Origin: Ignavibacteria bacterium
GTDB taxonomy: Bacteria; Bacteroidota; Ignavibacteria; Tepidaquicellales; Tepidaquicellaceae
Direction of reading: 5' to 3'
DNA length: 64,000 bases
NCBI GenBank assembly: GCA_016719565.1
Contig: JADJYU010000010.1
Location: forward strand, 78,400 to 142,399
The notes under the pieces are model-generated. The model did not search any database, had not been told where the DNA came from, and was given only the letters and a program-made list of their open reading frames with translations. This document shows, one piece after another, positions 45,135 through 56,278 of the stretch (positions are counted from its first letter, which is position 1; every line of letters begins with the position of its first letter). The translations under genes and the position numbers were made by a program.

Positions 45135-46108
45135 TTAAATCAAGGGAAGTATTTTATGAATTTTTTCTGAAATGCTTCCCGTTTTTATTCCTTCCATATT
45201 ATTTTCATTTCCCGAAAATACCACTTCATTTATATCAGACAGCGGTCTGAATTTTCATAATTCCATTTAACGTTTGAATAAATTGCAACTATGGGTTTGT
45301 TGAATGCGGAACAAACATGCACGGCAGAAGTATCCGGTGTAATTACAAGATCACATAATTTTATTACAGCTGCAAATTCAAAAAAACTTTCGGTTCGAAT
45401 CTGATGAATATTATATGTTTCACATCTATTAATTATTATATCAATTTCATTTTGATCATTCACAAGCCCTGTAATTAATACATTACAATCCCGGTCTAAT
45501 TTCAATTCACCAATAACTTCAATCCACATATCAGCGCTAAGTTGGCGGATTTCGCTTCCTGCAGAAAAGTTTATTAGAATATTTTTTAACCCTTTAAATT
45601 TACTAAGCTTCTCCTCCGCTGTTTTACGGACTGTATCAGGAATTGTAAGTTCAGGTTTTATATTTTTGCTGAAAATTTCATTTGAGTTATTAAAGAAGTT
45701 TAGCGGAGATAAATTGATATCAATAGCATGACTTCCTAAAGTATAATTGTTTAATGTTTCAGAAAATACCCGGACATCATAATTGAATCCCAGCGATCTT
45801 TCAGGTTTGATATTTTTGACGAGCATATTAGATGTGCTCGAATACATATTTTTTGTATCGATCCAGTAATCTATATGAGATGACTTTAGTGATATAAATG
45901 ATTTTAATGCGGAAAAATCCTTTTTGAATTTAATGACTTTATCTACTGAAGAATGAAGCTCAGGTATGAAATAATTTTTTTCCGAAGCAAGAACCGTGAG
46001 TTCATACTCCGGAAAAATATTCTTGATGCGTGAAAAAAGGGGAGTAGTCAGTATCATATCTCCTATCTTACCGATCTGAACAACTACTATCGAATTATTT
46101 TTATTCAA
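45135..46108 (-). pseudogene. Glycosyltransferase family 9 (heptosyltransferase-like), 3'-terminal frameshift
   Basis: N-terminal IVVVQIGKIGDMILTTPLF and C-terminal TPDTSAVHVCSAFNKPIVAIY motifs. The track ORF stops at 45230 (..NSDRCLI*). An alternative frame continues PLSDINEVVFSGNENNMEGIKTGSISEKIHKILPLI* to 45135, restoring normal GT9 length. Confidence 0.65.
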
Positions 46109-46117
46109 AACAGCAGT

Positions 46118-47974
46118 CTACTTCTTCAGCTTCTTAGATCCTTTTTGCGATGCATTACCATTCTTACTCTCAATTACAGTGGCTTTAACTGTTTTCATTC
46201 CGTCTTCGGTATTCTCTTCTTTTTTCTTTGTGTACCATTGCTGAATAATTGTGAATAAGTTAAAAGAGAAATAATAAAGATTCAGTCCGGATGGAAAACT
46301 AAAAAACAAAAGCGTAAGCATTATCGGCATTATATATACAAGCGCTTTCTGTTTCGGATCTGTCATAGTCATCTTTTGCTGTATGAACATTGTTATACCC
46401 ATCAGTACTGCAATCCCCGAGATCTCATTAATACCGAACAGCGGGATCTTGAAAGGAAGCGTAAATATAACATCAGGCGCGGAAAGGTCTTTTATCCAGA
46501 GAAAGCTTGCATGTCTTAATTCAATAGTCGAATTAAAAACTCCAAAAAGTGCATAGAGAATAGGCAGCTGCAAAAGCATTGGCAGACATCCTCCGGCGGG
46601 ATTTATTTTTTCTTCCTTATACAGCTTCATGATCTGCTGATTTGCTTTTACAGGGTCATCCTTATATTTTTCCCTTATTGCCGTGATCTTTGGATTTACC
46701 TGAGAGAGTTTCTTCATTGAATTCATCTGTGTCTTTGTCAGCGGATTCAATACTATCTTCAGCAACAGCGCAAATAAAATAATTACAAGTCCCCAGCTCG
46801 GTATGAAAGAGTGTAAAAATAAAAAGACAGGCAGTATCATGTACTGAGCGATCGGTCTGACAATAAAATCAAGAGAAAATCTTAAAGTCTTTTCAAGCTC
46901 GAGTGAATATGATTTTAAAAGACTGTAATCAAGAGGAGTAATTAATATTTTAAAAGTTGAATTCTCAAGTCCTGGATTTTTAATATCCATCTTCACCGCT
47001 ATGGAATAGTTTTCCAGAGTACCCTGATCCTTCAGGTTCTCTTTATAACCTGAGAGATATGCACCGTCACCTTTTCTGCTTTCCGGAATTATGAACAGAC
47101 CGAAATATTTCGTTCTCATACTGACATAGTCGGTATTTCCGTTCAGATCTTCCTTGTATGATTCCTGAACATCTGTTGCGTCAATGTATTCGAGCTCTCC
47201 GCCCATATGCGCTGAAGCTTCTGCAAAAGTCGCTTCCTGATCGCTTCTGAATTCAGACATATTAAGAGACGATTCCCAGACGACCTGATATTTATTATCT
47301 GAAATATATTTACCCGGATTAATAAATTCATAGTTCACGTCAAAATCATATTTATCAGGATGGAAGCTGTATGTCTTAATAATTTTTTCAGTACTGTCGT
47401 CTGAGATGACAAGAGTAAATTTCAGTTTAAATGTACCATCTTTGCTTACTTCAACTTTTTGATTATTTTCATAATCAGATGTGAACACAAAATCTCTTGT
47501 ATTAACCGATCTGCCCTCTTTGGAAGTGAATAGTAAATGTAACTCTTTACCTTTCTTCCAGTCCACAAGCTGAAGCGGTTTTTTCTCCCAGGTCTCGGTA
47601 TTTTTAATGGTGTACATTTTTATACCGCCGCCGTAATTGGTGAATTCAATATCCGTTAGATCGTTGGAAACTGTTATGGTCTTTTCCTCTTCAGCGCCGG
47701 GATACTTTATTGACCTGGTATAAAATTTATTTCCGTAAACTAATTTAAGAGAATCCTCCAGTACAGATGAACTTTTGACTGTGTCCTTTAAGCTTAAAGT
47801 ATCTTCTGCAATAATTGTATTATTTTTGCCGGGTTTTTCAGTCGAAGTGAGTGAACTGTCCTCTGTCTTTTTTAAATTCTGCTGCGTTCTCTGCTGATTT
47901 CCGGAATTCCAGTAAAGCCATACCATCAATACGATGCCGATTAATATAAAACCAAATACCGATCTTTTATCCAT
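46118..47974 (-). CDS. yidC: Membrane protein insertase YidC
   Basis: 618 aa. N-terminal TM, large periplasmic domain, and a C-terminal 60-kDa IMP core (PLTKTQMNSMKKL..., GCLPMLLQLPILYALF). Position downstream of yidD-rnpA-rpmH. Confidence 0.9.
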   Translation of the reverse strand: MDKRSVFGFILIGIVLMVWLYWNSGNQQRTQQNLKKTEDSSLTSTEKPGKNNTIIAEDTLSLKDTVKSSSVLEDSLKLVYGNKFYTRSIKYPGAEEEKTITVSNDLTDIEFTNYGGGIKMYTIKNTETWEKKPLQLVDWKKGKELHLLFTSKEGRSVNTRDFVFTSDYENNQKVEVSKDGTFKLKFTLVISDDSTEKIIKTYSFHPDKYDFDVNYEFINPGKYISDNKYQVVWESSLNMSEFRSDQEATFAEASAHMGGELEYIDATDVQESYKEDLNGNTDYVSMRTKYFGLFIIPESRKGDGAYLSGYKENLKDQGTLENYSIAVKMDIKNPGLENSTFKILITPLDYSLLKSYSLELEKTLRFSLDFIVRPIAQYMILPVFLFLHSFIPSWGLVIILFALLLKIVLNPLTKTQMNSMKKLSQVNPKITAIREKYKDDPVKANQQIMKLYKEEKINPAGGCLPMLLQLPILYALFGVFNSTIELRHASFLWIKDLSAPDVIFTLPFKIPLFGINEISGIAVLMGITMFIQQKMTMTDPKQKALVYIMPIMLTLLFFSFPSGLNLYYFSFNLFTIIQQWYTKKKEENTEDGMKTVKATVIESKNGNASQKGSKKLKK

Positions 47975-48003
47975 TTATTATATTGTAAAGATTAGATTAA
48001 AAT

Positions 48004-48264
48004 TTATTTAATTTTCTGATAAAAATAATTTTGCTTATCCGAACGGTCTTCCGGCTGAGGGACAGGATCATAGCCGCATTTACAAAAAGGATTGCATCTC
48101 AAAATCCTTCTGACGGTGAGATAGGATCCTTTAAAAAATCCATGAACTCGGAAAGCTTCAATACTGTATTCTGAACATGAAGGCTCAAACCGGCACGAAT
48201 TTGGGAGTAACGGCGAGATGAATATTTTATAGAACCGAATTATATATATTGCAATTATACTCAA
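48004..48264 (-). CDS. yidD: Membrane protein insertion efficiency factor YidD
   Basis: [27 protein letters not shown]...[14 protein letters not shown]. Confidence 0.9.
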   Translation of the reverse strand: MSIIAIYIIRFYKIFISPLLPNSCRFEPSCSEYSIEAFRVHGFFKGSYLTVRRILRCNPFCKCGYDPVPQPEDRSDKQNYFYQKIK

Positions 48265-48719
48265 CTGTATTTTTCTTCTAAATATAACTTAATTTTTGAA
48301 TTCAGTAATTTCATTTCATTTTCCACAAAACTCATTTTAGCCAATGGAAATTCTTTAAAGTGATTATAGCCGTTAAGACTCAGAGTATAAATCACATAAA
48401 TTATTTTTCCTTTGGCTTCTGGTTCGAGTTTATTTAATCTGTAGGATTCTCTGAATAATCTCTTAAGTCTGTTGCGGAAAACAGATTTACTGATTGACTT
48501 TTTAGCAATAATAAAGCCCACTTTTACATTTAAAGTATCAAGCGGGCTGAATATTTTTTTATTAAGTGGCTCTTTATCTTTCGAATGAATGTATGCTTTT
48601 ACAAACCCGGTCTGAATTACTTTGGAGTCATTCAGAATTTCAGAAAAAATACTGTAACCGCGGATGATGTTTTTTCTTTTAAGACTTTTGTCTCCGTTAG
48701 AATTATCAGATTTTTTCAT
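48261..48719 (-). CDS. rnpA: Ribonuclease P protein component
   Basis: Position between rpmH and yidD. Basic region [17 protein letters not shown] (RNR motif). Confidence 0.8.
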   Translation of the reverse strand: MKKSDNSNGDKSLKRKNIIRGYSIFSEILNDSKVIQTGFVKAYIHSKDKEPLNKKIFSPLDTLNVKVGFIIAKKSISKSVFRNRLKRLFRESYRLNKLEPEAKGKIIYVIYTLSLNGYNHFKEFPLAKMSFVENEMKLLNSKIKLYLEEKYS

Positions 48720-48747
48720 CAGGAAAAATCATTTTCCCTATTTGCAA

Positions 48748-48915
<168 letters not shown>

Positions 48916-49121
48916 TTATAAATAAGTTTTAAAAATACTCATATTAATGAAAAATAACAAGGAATTGATTTCCCCTTTGACGTGATTTTTTTAAAATTAT
49001 TTCCGGATAGTTCTCACACATTAAAATTGAAATCAAATTTTGTTTCCTGAATGAAAATACTGTGTTTCTATTTTAAAATATTAGGTTTAAATTGCCAAAA
49101 TTAAATTTATAACAATTCCGG

Positions 49122-50888
49122 ATGCATATTTCAGACTGGTTAATTGTTTTCATCTACTTTGTAATATCCTTTGCAGTTGGAATTTATTATTCCAAAAGAT
49201 CCGGCGGAACTACAGAGAATTTTTTCCTTTCAGGAAGAAAGCTGACGTGGTGGCTGGCCGGTCTTTCAATGGTTGCAACAACGTTTGCAGCTGATACTCC
49301 GCTTGCCGTTACAGAACTTGTAGGTCAGAATGGCATTGCAGGTAACTGGCTTTGGTGGAATATGCTCATCGGCGGAATGCTGACAGTATTCTTCTTCGCA
49401 AGATTGTGGAGAAGGGCGAATATTCTAACCGATGTTGAATTTATAGAACTTCGCTACTCCGGAAAGTCAGCCGCATTTCTCAGAGGTTTCAAAGCTATTT
49501 ACATGGGAATTTTCATGAATACCATTATAATGGGCTGGGTAAATCTGGCTATGATTAAAATTCTCATCGGAATGTTCCCTGAATATGTAAATGCCGGTAA
49601 TGCAATCTATTATGTCGGAGCCTGTATGCTCTTTACCGCGATCTATTCAGCAATTTCAGGACTCTGGGGTGTTGCCGTTAATGATGCATTTCAGTTTTTA
49701 CTGGCAATGGGCGGATGTATCATCTTAGCAGTTATAGTTGTTAATTCTCCGGAGATCGGCGGCATTGACGGAATGAAAGCAAAACTTCCGGACTGGGCGC
49801 TTAGGTTTACTCCCGAGATCTCTTCTGACAGTTCAGCAAATAATGAAACTTCAGCAGGCGGAATACTCGCATTAACTATTTCATCTTTTCTCGCATTTAT
49901 CGGACTTCAGTGGTGGGCTTCATGGTATCCTGGCGCAGAACCCGGCGGAGGAGGATATGTCGCGCAGAGAATGATGAGTGCCAAGGATGAAAAAAACTCT
50001 CTCTTCGCAACTCTGTTTTTTCAGGTAGCGCATTATTGTATCAGACCATGGCCCTGGATCATAGTCGGATTATGCTCTCTTATATTGTATCCTGATCTTT
50101 CTCAAGCTGATAAAGGACTCGGATTTGTCAAAGCCATGAATGATTTTCTTCCGCCAGGACTCAAAGGACTTTTACTTGCTGCTTTTTTTGCAGCTTATAT
50201 GTCGACTATAGCTACTCATCTGAACTGGGGCACGTCGTATTTTATAAATGATTTTTACAGAAGATTTGTTTCAGAGAATAAAAGCGAAAAGCATTATGTG
50301 GTAATTGCAAGAGTGATGACAATTGTTTTTATGTTCCTGTCGGTGATTGTAACAACTCAAATGACAAGCATTTCAGGAGTATGGAGCTTTCTGATCGAAT
50401 GCGGCGCAGGTCTGGGTCTGGTGCTTATAATGAGATGGTTCTGGTGGAGAGTAAATGCTATTGCAGAGATAGTTGCAACGGTTACTCCGTTTATTGTATA
50501 TGGAATTTTATTCTTCGGAGATTTCGGAGTGAAATTTCCCGAAACGCTTTTTATAATTGTACCGATCACTACACTTGCATGGATTGTAACAGTGTTTATC
50601 ACAAAACCAACTGATCCCGGAAAGCTCGGAACATTTTATGAGAGAGTGCATCCCGGCGGAATCGGATGGAAAAAGATCTCCGATAAAATGCCTGAAGTAA
50701 AATCTGATACAGGATATTATCTTCTGATGATCAACTGGTTTGCAGGAATAGTAATGGCATATTCATTTTTATTCGGAACAGGTAAAATTATATTAGGAGA
50801 TACATTTTACGGAATGCTATTTATAATTACGGGAATTTTAGCAGGTCTTTTAATTAAAAGAAACTTTGCAAAGACAGGATGGAATTAA
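49122..50888 (+). CDS. Sodium:solute symporter family transporter
   Basis: 588 aa, about 13-14 TM segments. N-terminal YYSKRSGGTTENFFLSGRKLTWWLAGLSMVATTFAADTPL is typical of the SSF family. Confidence 0.75.
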   Translation: MHISDWLIVFIYFVISFAVGIYYSKRSGGTTENFFLSGRKLTWWLAGLSMVATTFAADTPLAVTELVGQNGIAGNWLWWNMLIGGMLTVFFFARLWRRANILTDVEFIELRYSGKSAAFLRGFKAIYMGIFMNTIIMGWVNLAMIKILIGMFPEYVNAGNAIYYVGACMLFTAIYSAISGLWGVAVNDAFQFLLAMGGCIILAVIVVNSPEIGGIDGMKAKLPDWALRFTPEISSDSSANNETSAGGILALTISSFLAFIGLQWWASWYPGAEPGGGGYVAQRMMSAKDEKNSLFATLFFQVAHYCIRPWPWIIVGLCSLILYPDLSQADKGLGFVKAMNDFLPPGLKGLLLAAFFAAYMSTIATHLNWGTSYFINDFYRRFVSENKSEKHYVVIARVMTIVFMFLSVIVTTQMTSISGVWSFLIECGAGLGLVLIMRWFWWRVNAIAEIVATVTPFIVYGILFFGDFGVKFPETLFIIVPITTLAWIVTVFITKPTDPGKLGTFYERVHPGGIGWKKISDKMPEVKSDTGYYLLMINWFAGIVMAYSFLFGTGKIILGDTFYGMLFIITGILAGLLIKRNFAKTGWN

Positions 50889-50906
50889 AATTAAATTCAA
50901 CAAACT

Positions 50907-51359
50907 ATGCTTAACATCGGAGACAAAGCGCCGGACTTTACGCTGATAAGCGATACCGGTGAAAAAGTAAGTCTGAAAGATCTTAAAGGTAAGAAAGTGA
51001 TTTTATATTTTTATCCTAAGGATGATACTTCCGGCTGTACAAAAGAAGCGTGCAGTTTCAGAGATAATATAAAAATCATCGAAAAGAAAAATGCTGTAGT
51101 AATTGGCGTGAGTAAAGATAATACTTTCTCGCATCAGAAATTCAAAAAGAAATATGACCTTCCTTTTACATTATTGTCCGATGAAAATCTTGACATGCTG
51201 AAAGAATATGATGTTTGGAAAGAGAAAAGCATGTACGGAAGAAAATATATGGGGATAGAAAGAACTACATTTATAATAGATGAGAAAGGAAAGATTTCGG
51301 AAATTTTTAACAAAGTGAAAGTGGACGGACATACTGAAGAAATATTATCCAAACTTTAA
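50907..51359 (+). CDS. bcp: Thioredoxin-dependent thiol peroxidase (Bcp peroxiredoxin)
   Basis: GDKAPDFTL...KKVILYFYPKDDTSGCTKEAC..FR...GVS.D...SH.KF. Confidence 0.9.
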   Translation: MLNIGDKAPDFTLISDTGEKVSLKDLKGKKVILYFYPKDDTSGCTKEACSFRDNIKIIEKKNAVVIGVSKDNTFSHQKFKKKYDLPFTLLSDENLDMLKEYDVWKEKSMYGRKYMGIERTTFIIDEKGKISEIFNKVKVDGHTEEILSKL

Positions 51360-51404
51360 ATGTAAATTTAAAAATACTAATTTAGAAATTACCAACAATA
51401 TAAT

Positions 51405-52538
51405 TTGCCGGATAGAATAGAGATCATAGAAGTCGGATCAGACGCTGAAAAAAATAAGTTCATTGAATTCCCGTATAAATTTTATAAAGGAAATAAATAC
51501 TGGGTTGAGCCTTTAAGATTTGATGTGAAGAATAATCTGGATGAAAAGAAAAATCCATTTTATAAACACGCAAAGATAAAGCTATGGCTTGCTTACAAAA
51601 ACAGCGAACTATGCGGACGAATTGCCGGTATTATTAATGACACTCATAATAAATTCTATAATGATAAAGTCGGTTTCTTTGGATTTTTTGAATCTGAGAA
51701 TGACATCAATATCTCAAACGCTTTATTTGAAAAGGCGGCTGAGTTTGTAAAAGAAAACGGAATGGATACTCTGCGCGGTCCGGTAAATCCATCCACTAAT
51801 GACGAATGCGGTCTGCTCACGGACAGCTTTGATTTACCGCCTGTGATGCTTATGCCGTACAATCCGGAATATTATCTGAAGCTATACGACGGCTTCGGTC
51901 TGAAAAAAGCAAAGGATCTTTTCGCCTTTTGGATCAGTAAAGACGTTATTAAAAACGAACCGATGATGAATAAGCTAAACAGGATCAGCGAGATGATTAT
52001 TAAAAAAGAAAATCTGACCATCCGGAATGTTAATATGAAGGATTTTAAAAATGAAGTTCAGAAAGTACGTGAAATATATAACAACGCCTGGCAGGAAAAC
52101 TGGGGCTTTGTGCCGATGACAGTGGAAGAGTTTAATTTCATTGCTGATAATCTGAAGCTTGCAGTAGATCCGGATTACGTTGAGTTTGCGGAAATAGACG
52201 GGAATCCGATCGGATTCTCGCTTGCTTTGCCTGATATAAATCAGGCGATCAAAGGTCTGAACGGAAAACTTTTTCCTTTCGGTTTTATTAAATTCCTTCT
52301 AAATAAAAAAAAGATAGATCAGTTAAGAGTAATAATTATGGGAGTGAAAAAAGAATATCACAAGAAAGGAATCGATGCAGTCTTTTACAGAAACGTTATT
52401 AAAGCCGGAAACAGAAAGGGGATCAGAGGCGCGGAAATATCCTGGGTTTTGGAAGACAACCTTGCGATGAAGCAGACAGCAGAAAAGCTGGGAGCTCATG
52501 TTTATAAAACTTACAGAATATTCGACAAAGCATTATAA
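51405..52538 (+). CDS. Large GNAT-like N-acetyltransferase family protein (putative)
   Basis: 377 aa with a TTG start. C-terminal KKEYHKKGIDAVFY resembles an acetyl-CoA-binding segment. Weak call. Confidence 0.45.
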   Translation: MPDRIEIIEVGSDAEKNKFIEFPYKFYKGNKYWVEPLRFDVKNNLDEKKNPFYKHAKIKLWLAYKNSELCGRIAGIINDTHNKFYNDKVGFFGFFESENDINISNALFEKAAEFVKENGMDTLRGPVNPSTNDECGLLTDSFDLPPVMLMPYNPEYYLKLYDGFGLKKAKDLFAFWISKDVIKNEPMMNKLNRISEMIIKKENLTIRNVNMKDFKNEVQKVREIYNNAWQENWGFVPMTVEEFNFIADNLKLAVDPDYVEFAEIDGNPIGFSLALPDINQAIKGLNGKLFPFGFIKFLLNKKKIDQLRVIIMGVKKEYHKKGIDAVFYRNVIKAGNRKGIRGAEISWVLEDNLAMKQTAEKLGAHVYKTYRIFDKAL

Positions 52539-53291
52539 TTTTATCCGAAAATACTCTGATAATAATTTATCGAATTCCATTTCGTCGTTTAACTCAGTAA
52601 TTTTTTTCTCACCTGACTTCGTCAATGTCAGCTTTGTATTACTTAATGAAATTCTTCCGTCCGGGGTAGCAATTGAGCAGATCCTGTTTTTCGTAAAGTG
52701 AGATTTTTCCGAAGTCTGCTGATACTCATTCATTTCTTCAAAATCATTCCATTGTCTTTCAACGGTTTTAAATTTATACCCTTCAGTGAAATCAATTCCG
52801 TCCGCAGAATTCATCAGTATATATTCATCATCATCCGCCTTTGTAATTTTGAAAAACCCTGCGTCGTCTTTTTGAATTAATTCTGACTCAAACAATAGCG
52901 GACACATAAAATTATCTCCAAAGCCAGCATCTGCAAGATAAGTCTTTTCCTCTTTTTTAAAATAAACGATAAGAGCCATATGATCATACTCCGGACCCCA
53001 GCCTCCTTTACCGTCGCTGACACGGGCGGAAATCATTTTTACTTTAAATCCCAATTCCTTTAAAAGTAAATAAAACATTCCGTTAAGTTCATAACAGTAT
53101 CCTCCTCTCTTTTCTATAAGGATTTTTTTGAAAAGATGATCTTTGTCTAATTTTAACTTTTTGTTTAAATGTATATCAAGATTCTCAAAAGGAATACTGA
53201 GAAGATGATGTCTGTGAATTTCAGTTAAGACTTTAACTGTTGGAGTAAGTTTTCCGGAATAATTAATTCTTTGTAAATAATTTTTCAGCAT
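52533..53291 (-). CDS. Arylamine N-acetyltransferase (NAT family)
   Basis: YLQRI.Y......T...L..IH..HL..IPFENLDI, catalytic Cys in RGGYCYELNG, and EYDHMALIV. Confidence 0.85.
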   Translation of the reverse strand: MLKNYLQRINYSGKLTPTVKVLTEIHRHHLLSIPFENLDIHLNKKLKLDKDHLFKKILIEKRGGYCYELNGMFYLLLKELGFKVKMISARVSDGKGGWGPEYDHMALIVYFKKEEKTYLADAGFGDNFMCPLLFESELIQKDDAGFFKITKADDDEYILMNSADGIDFTEGYKFKTVERQWNDFEEMNEYQQTSEKSHFTKNRICSIATPDGRISLSNTKLTLTKSGEKKITELNDEMEFDKLLSEYFRIKL

Positions 53292-53398
53292 TAAAAATTT
53301 TATTTTAATGTAATTTTAAAAACCTAATCTAAATTGCAATTACAAAAGATTTACCTTAATTTTGTAAAACAATTTTTTAAATCAATAAATACTAAAGA

Positions 53399-55570
53399 AT
53401 GAATCTTAGTAAAGCATTATTTTGTGCCGTTTTATTACTTGCATTAATAAGCTCAAATAATCTACAGGCGCAGGGTTTTAACAGCGTTACAACTGCAGAC
53501 GGGATCAATGTAATTGCCGTCGGCACAGGAAATATCTCTGGAAATGTCTACCGGTCTTATAACGGCGGAACTACCTGGGCGGCTTATAATATTCCCGGCG
53601 TTGTCTTAAACAGCGTGACATCTTTTAATAATGATGTATGGATAGCAGGAAACAACGGTACCATTTACAAAACTCTAAAAAATAATTCACCAATAAACGC
53701 AATTTCTACAGGCATTATCACTTCAATAAATTCAGTACATTTCATCAACGATCAAACCGGATTTTTCTGCGGAGACAACGGAGCAATATATAAATCAGCA
53801 GACGGCGGTCTTACATGGACTACTTCAAATACCGGAATTCCTTCTGTCAAATTAAACTCAATTCATTTTCTTGATGGACAGAAAGGTATAGTAGCCGGAG
53901 ATAACGGAATTGTTTATGTGACTGCAAACGGCGGTAATATTTGGACGCTTGAAAATACTGGTTCTGTTAACAATCTGCTTAAAGCAAAATTCTTTACGGA
54001 CGGACTTGTGATTACAGGCGCAAACGGTACCTTACTGCTTAAGCCAAATTCTTCAGCATGGGAAACAGTGAATATGAGAATAAGAACAGACATAATGGGA
54101 CTTACAGGTACTGATATGGATAACATAAGAGTTTGCGGCGGCGGCGGATTCATTAGAAATAATCTAAGCGGAAATTCAAGATTTTATAACTTCGAGATCA
54201 ATCCAATGATGGCGAATCTTGTGGATATATTTTATTACGATAACAATATCGGATATGCAGTCAGCAGTTTAACAAATGCAATCATTAAGACAACAAACGG
54301 AGGCGCACAATGGGCACTGACTGCCGGAGCTACAAGAACTTTTCAATGGTCAAACAGACTTTCAGCCAGCAGCGGCATAGGAAATAATCTTTGTCCTCAT
54401 CCGACTGACAGAAATTCAATGTTTGTAGTTTACGGTTCGACAGTATATGTCAGCAGAAACAGAGGCGAGAACTGGACAAGCATCGCAACTATCACAGGCG
54501 GAGGCAGCGCGCATTCATTTTATGTAAGTCCGCTTGATACAAATGTCTGGGTCTGCGCAATTACATCAAGTCCTGACAGAGTAACAAGGACAACAAATTA
54601 CGGACAGACATGGACAACAATAATTTCAAGAAATTTCAGCAATTACGGACAGCCCCTTGAAATGGATCAGAATAATCCGAATAATTATTACTTTGCCCCG
54701 GACGGCGGCGGATTCTACAGATCTACTGATCACGGCGCATCATTTACAGAGATAAGCAATAATTATCCATTCAGAAGTCCTTGCGATATAATTGTAATGT
54801 GGGACAGCTCTGATGTAATATTCGTCGGAGACGGCGTTACAGGTTCGGGACAGGCGCAGATATTTAAGTCAGTTAATAACGGAAAGAACTGGTCACTGGT
54901 CAGAACAGTAGCTTCAAGCGAAACACCTTCTCTATGCAATACGGTTTTTGATCAGAGCGTAATTTATGCAACAGAATGGTCGGGATCCAATATTTATAAA
55001 TCAACGGATTACGGAGATAACTGGACTGTAAGTCATAACACGGGATTCAGCGGCTGGGCATCGGGATTCTGCTCTGAAGATCCTACAGTCATACTGACCG
55101 GGAATTACGGTTCAAGATCTTCTTTGTCATCGGATTTCGGAACCACCTGGACGGAAATAGGCAGCATGAGCGGCTCCGGAGCAGGTATGTGGGTGGAAGA
55201 CAGAAGCTTTCTTTTATCGATGCAGACCGGTTCAATGTGGAAACTCAGGATCAATTACAGTGTGATAACATCGGTAAATGAAAATGTAATATCAACAATT
55301 GTCCCCGATAAGTTTTCACTGGATCAGAATTATCCGAATCCGTTCAATCCTTCGACTACTATTAAATTCGCATTACCTGTTGCAGGAAATGTTACTTTAA
55401 AAGTATTTAATCAGCTTGGTAAAGAAGTGGAGACGCTGACAGACGGATTCAGAAATGCCGGAACTTACGAGATAAGTTTCAGCGCAGCGGATATGTCTTC
55501 AGGAGTATATTTTTATAAATTAGAGTCAAACGGAAAAGTCGAAACAAAGAAAATGCTGCTTGTGAAGTAA
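53399..55570 (+). CDS. BNR/Asp-box repeat (sortilin/Ycf48-like beta-propeller) protein with T9SS CTD
   Basis: Signal peptide. At least 8 Asp-box motifs (SADGGLTWT, TANGGNIWT, TTNGGAQWA, SRNRGENWT, TTNYGQTWT, SVNNGKNWS, STDYGDNWT, SSDFGTTWT). Ends with QNYPNPFNPSTTIKF...GVYFYKL...MLLVK. Confidence 0.8.
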   Translation: MNLSKALFCAVLLLALISSNNLQAQGFNSVTTADGINVIAVGTGNISGNVYRSYNGGTTWAAYNIPGVVLNSVTSFNNDVWIAGNNGTIYKTLKNNSPINAISTGIITSINSVHFINDQTGFFCGDNGAIYKSADGGLTWTTSNTGIPSVKLNSIHFLDGQKGIVAGDNGIVYVTANGGNIWTLENTGSVNNLLKAKFFTDGLVITGANGTLLLKPNSSAWETVNMRIRTDIMGLTGTDMDNIRVCGGGGFIRNNLSGNSRFYNFEINPMMANLVDIFYYDNNIGYAVSSLTNAIIKTTNGGAQWALTAGATRTFQWSNRLSASSGIGNNLCPHPTDRNSMFVVYGSTVYVSRNRGENWTSIATITGGGSAHSFYVSPLDTNVWVCAITSSPDRVTRTTNYGQTWTTIISRNFSNYGQPLEMDQNNPNNYYFAPDGGGFYRSTDHGASFTEISNNYPFRSPCDIIVMWDSSDVIFVGDGVTGSGQAQIFKSVNNGKNWSLVRTVASSETPSLCNTVFDQSVIYATEWSGSNIYKSTDYGDNWTVSHNTGFSGWASGFCSEDPTVILTGNYGSRSSLSSDFGTTWTEIGSMSGSGAGMWVEDRSFLLSMQTGSMWKLRINYSVITSVNENVISTIVPDKFSLDQNYPNPFNPSTTIKFALPVAGNVTLKVFNQLGKEVETLTDGFRNAGTYEISFSAADMSSGVYFYKLESNGKVETKKMLLVK

Positions 55571-55598
55571 GATCCAATATTCACATTAAAGAAAATTA

Positions 55599-55636
55599 AT
55601 CCCCGCAGAATAGTGTCTTTGCGGGGATTTTTTTTG
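55599..55636 (+). terminator. Rho-independent terminator
   Basis: ATCCCCGCAgaatagtgtctTTGCGGGGAT hairpin followed by a T8 run. Confidence 0.85.
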
Positions 55637-55783
55637 AAACTTGATCAAAAGATTTTTTATGATTTCCTGAATCTTATGTTCTGAGGACAAGACGGAAACA
55701 TACTTAATCACGCATAATCGACTGATAACGCTGCAGATGACTTAGCTTAAAAATCTAATACAAATTAAAACTCAATTAAATTA

Positions 55784-56278
55784 ATGACTGAAAAGTATAT
55801 AATTCCGGCCCAAACCCGTATTGGGCATGTACATTTAAAAGTAGCTGATCTTAACCGTTCGCTGGAATTTTACAGGGACTTATTAGGATTTGAAGTAACT
55901 TTGGAGTACGGTAGTCAGGCTGTATTTATTTCCGCCGGCGGTTATCACCATCACATTGGTTTAAACACCTGGCACAGCAAAGGCGCTCCTCCTGTATCGA
56001 AAGAAGGCTCAGGATTATATCATACTGCAATTCTTTATCCAACAAGAAAAGACCTTGCTATAATATATGAACGGCTGCGAAAAGCTGAATATCCGTTAAC
56101 CGGCGCAAGCGACCATGGTGTATCAGAAGCATTATACCTTGACGACCCCGATGGTAACGGTGTGGAGCTTTACTGGGACAGACCTAAGGAACAATGGCCG
56201 GCTAAGGAAAATGGTTCATTAGATATGTATACAAATGCTCTTGACCTGAATGACTTATTGAAAGAGATCGATGATTAA
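55784..56278 (+). CDS. VOC-family (glyoxalase/dioxygenase-like) protein
   Basis: RIGHVHLKVADLNRSLEFYRDLLGF...HH.GLN.W and the later ALYLDDPDGNGVELY. Confidence 0.8.
   Translation: MTEKYIIPAQTRIGHVHLKVADLNRSLEFYRDLLGFEVTLEYGSQAVFISAGGYHHHIGLNTWHSKGAPPVSKEGSGLYHTAILYPTRKDLAIIYERLRKAEYPLTGASDHGVSEALYLDDPDGNGVELYWDRPKEQWPAKENGSLDMYTNALDLNDLLKEIDD

Noticed and set aside
45391-45402. CGGTTCGAATCT, which resembles a tRNA T-arm.
   Set aside because: It lies inside the GT9 coding region. I could not build an acceptor, D or anticodon stem around it. I found no tRNA genes in the window.
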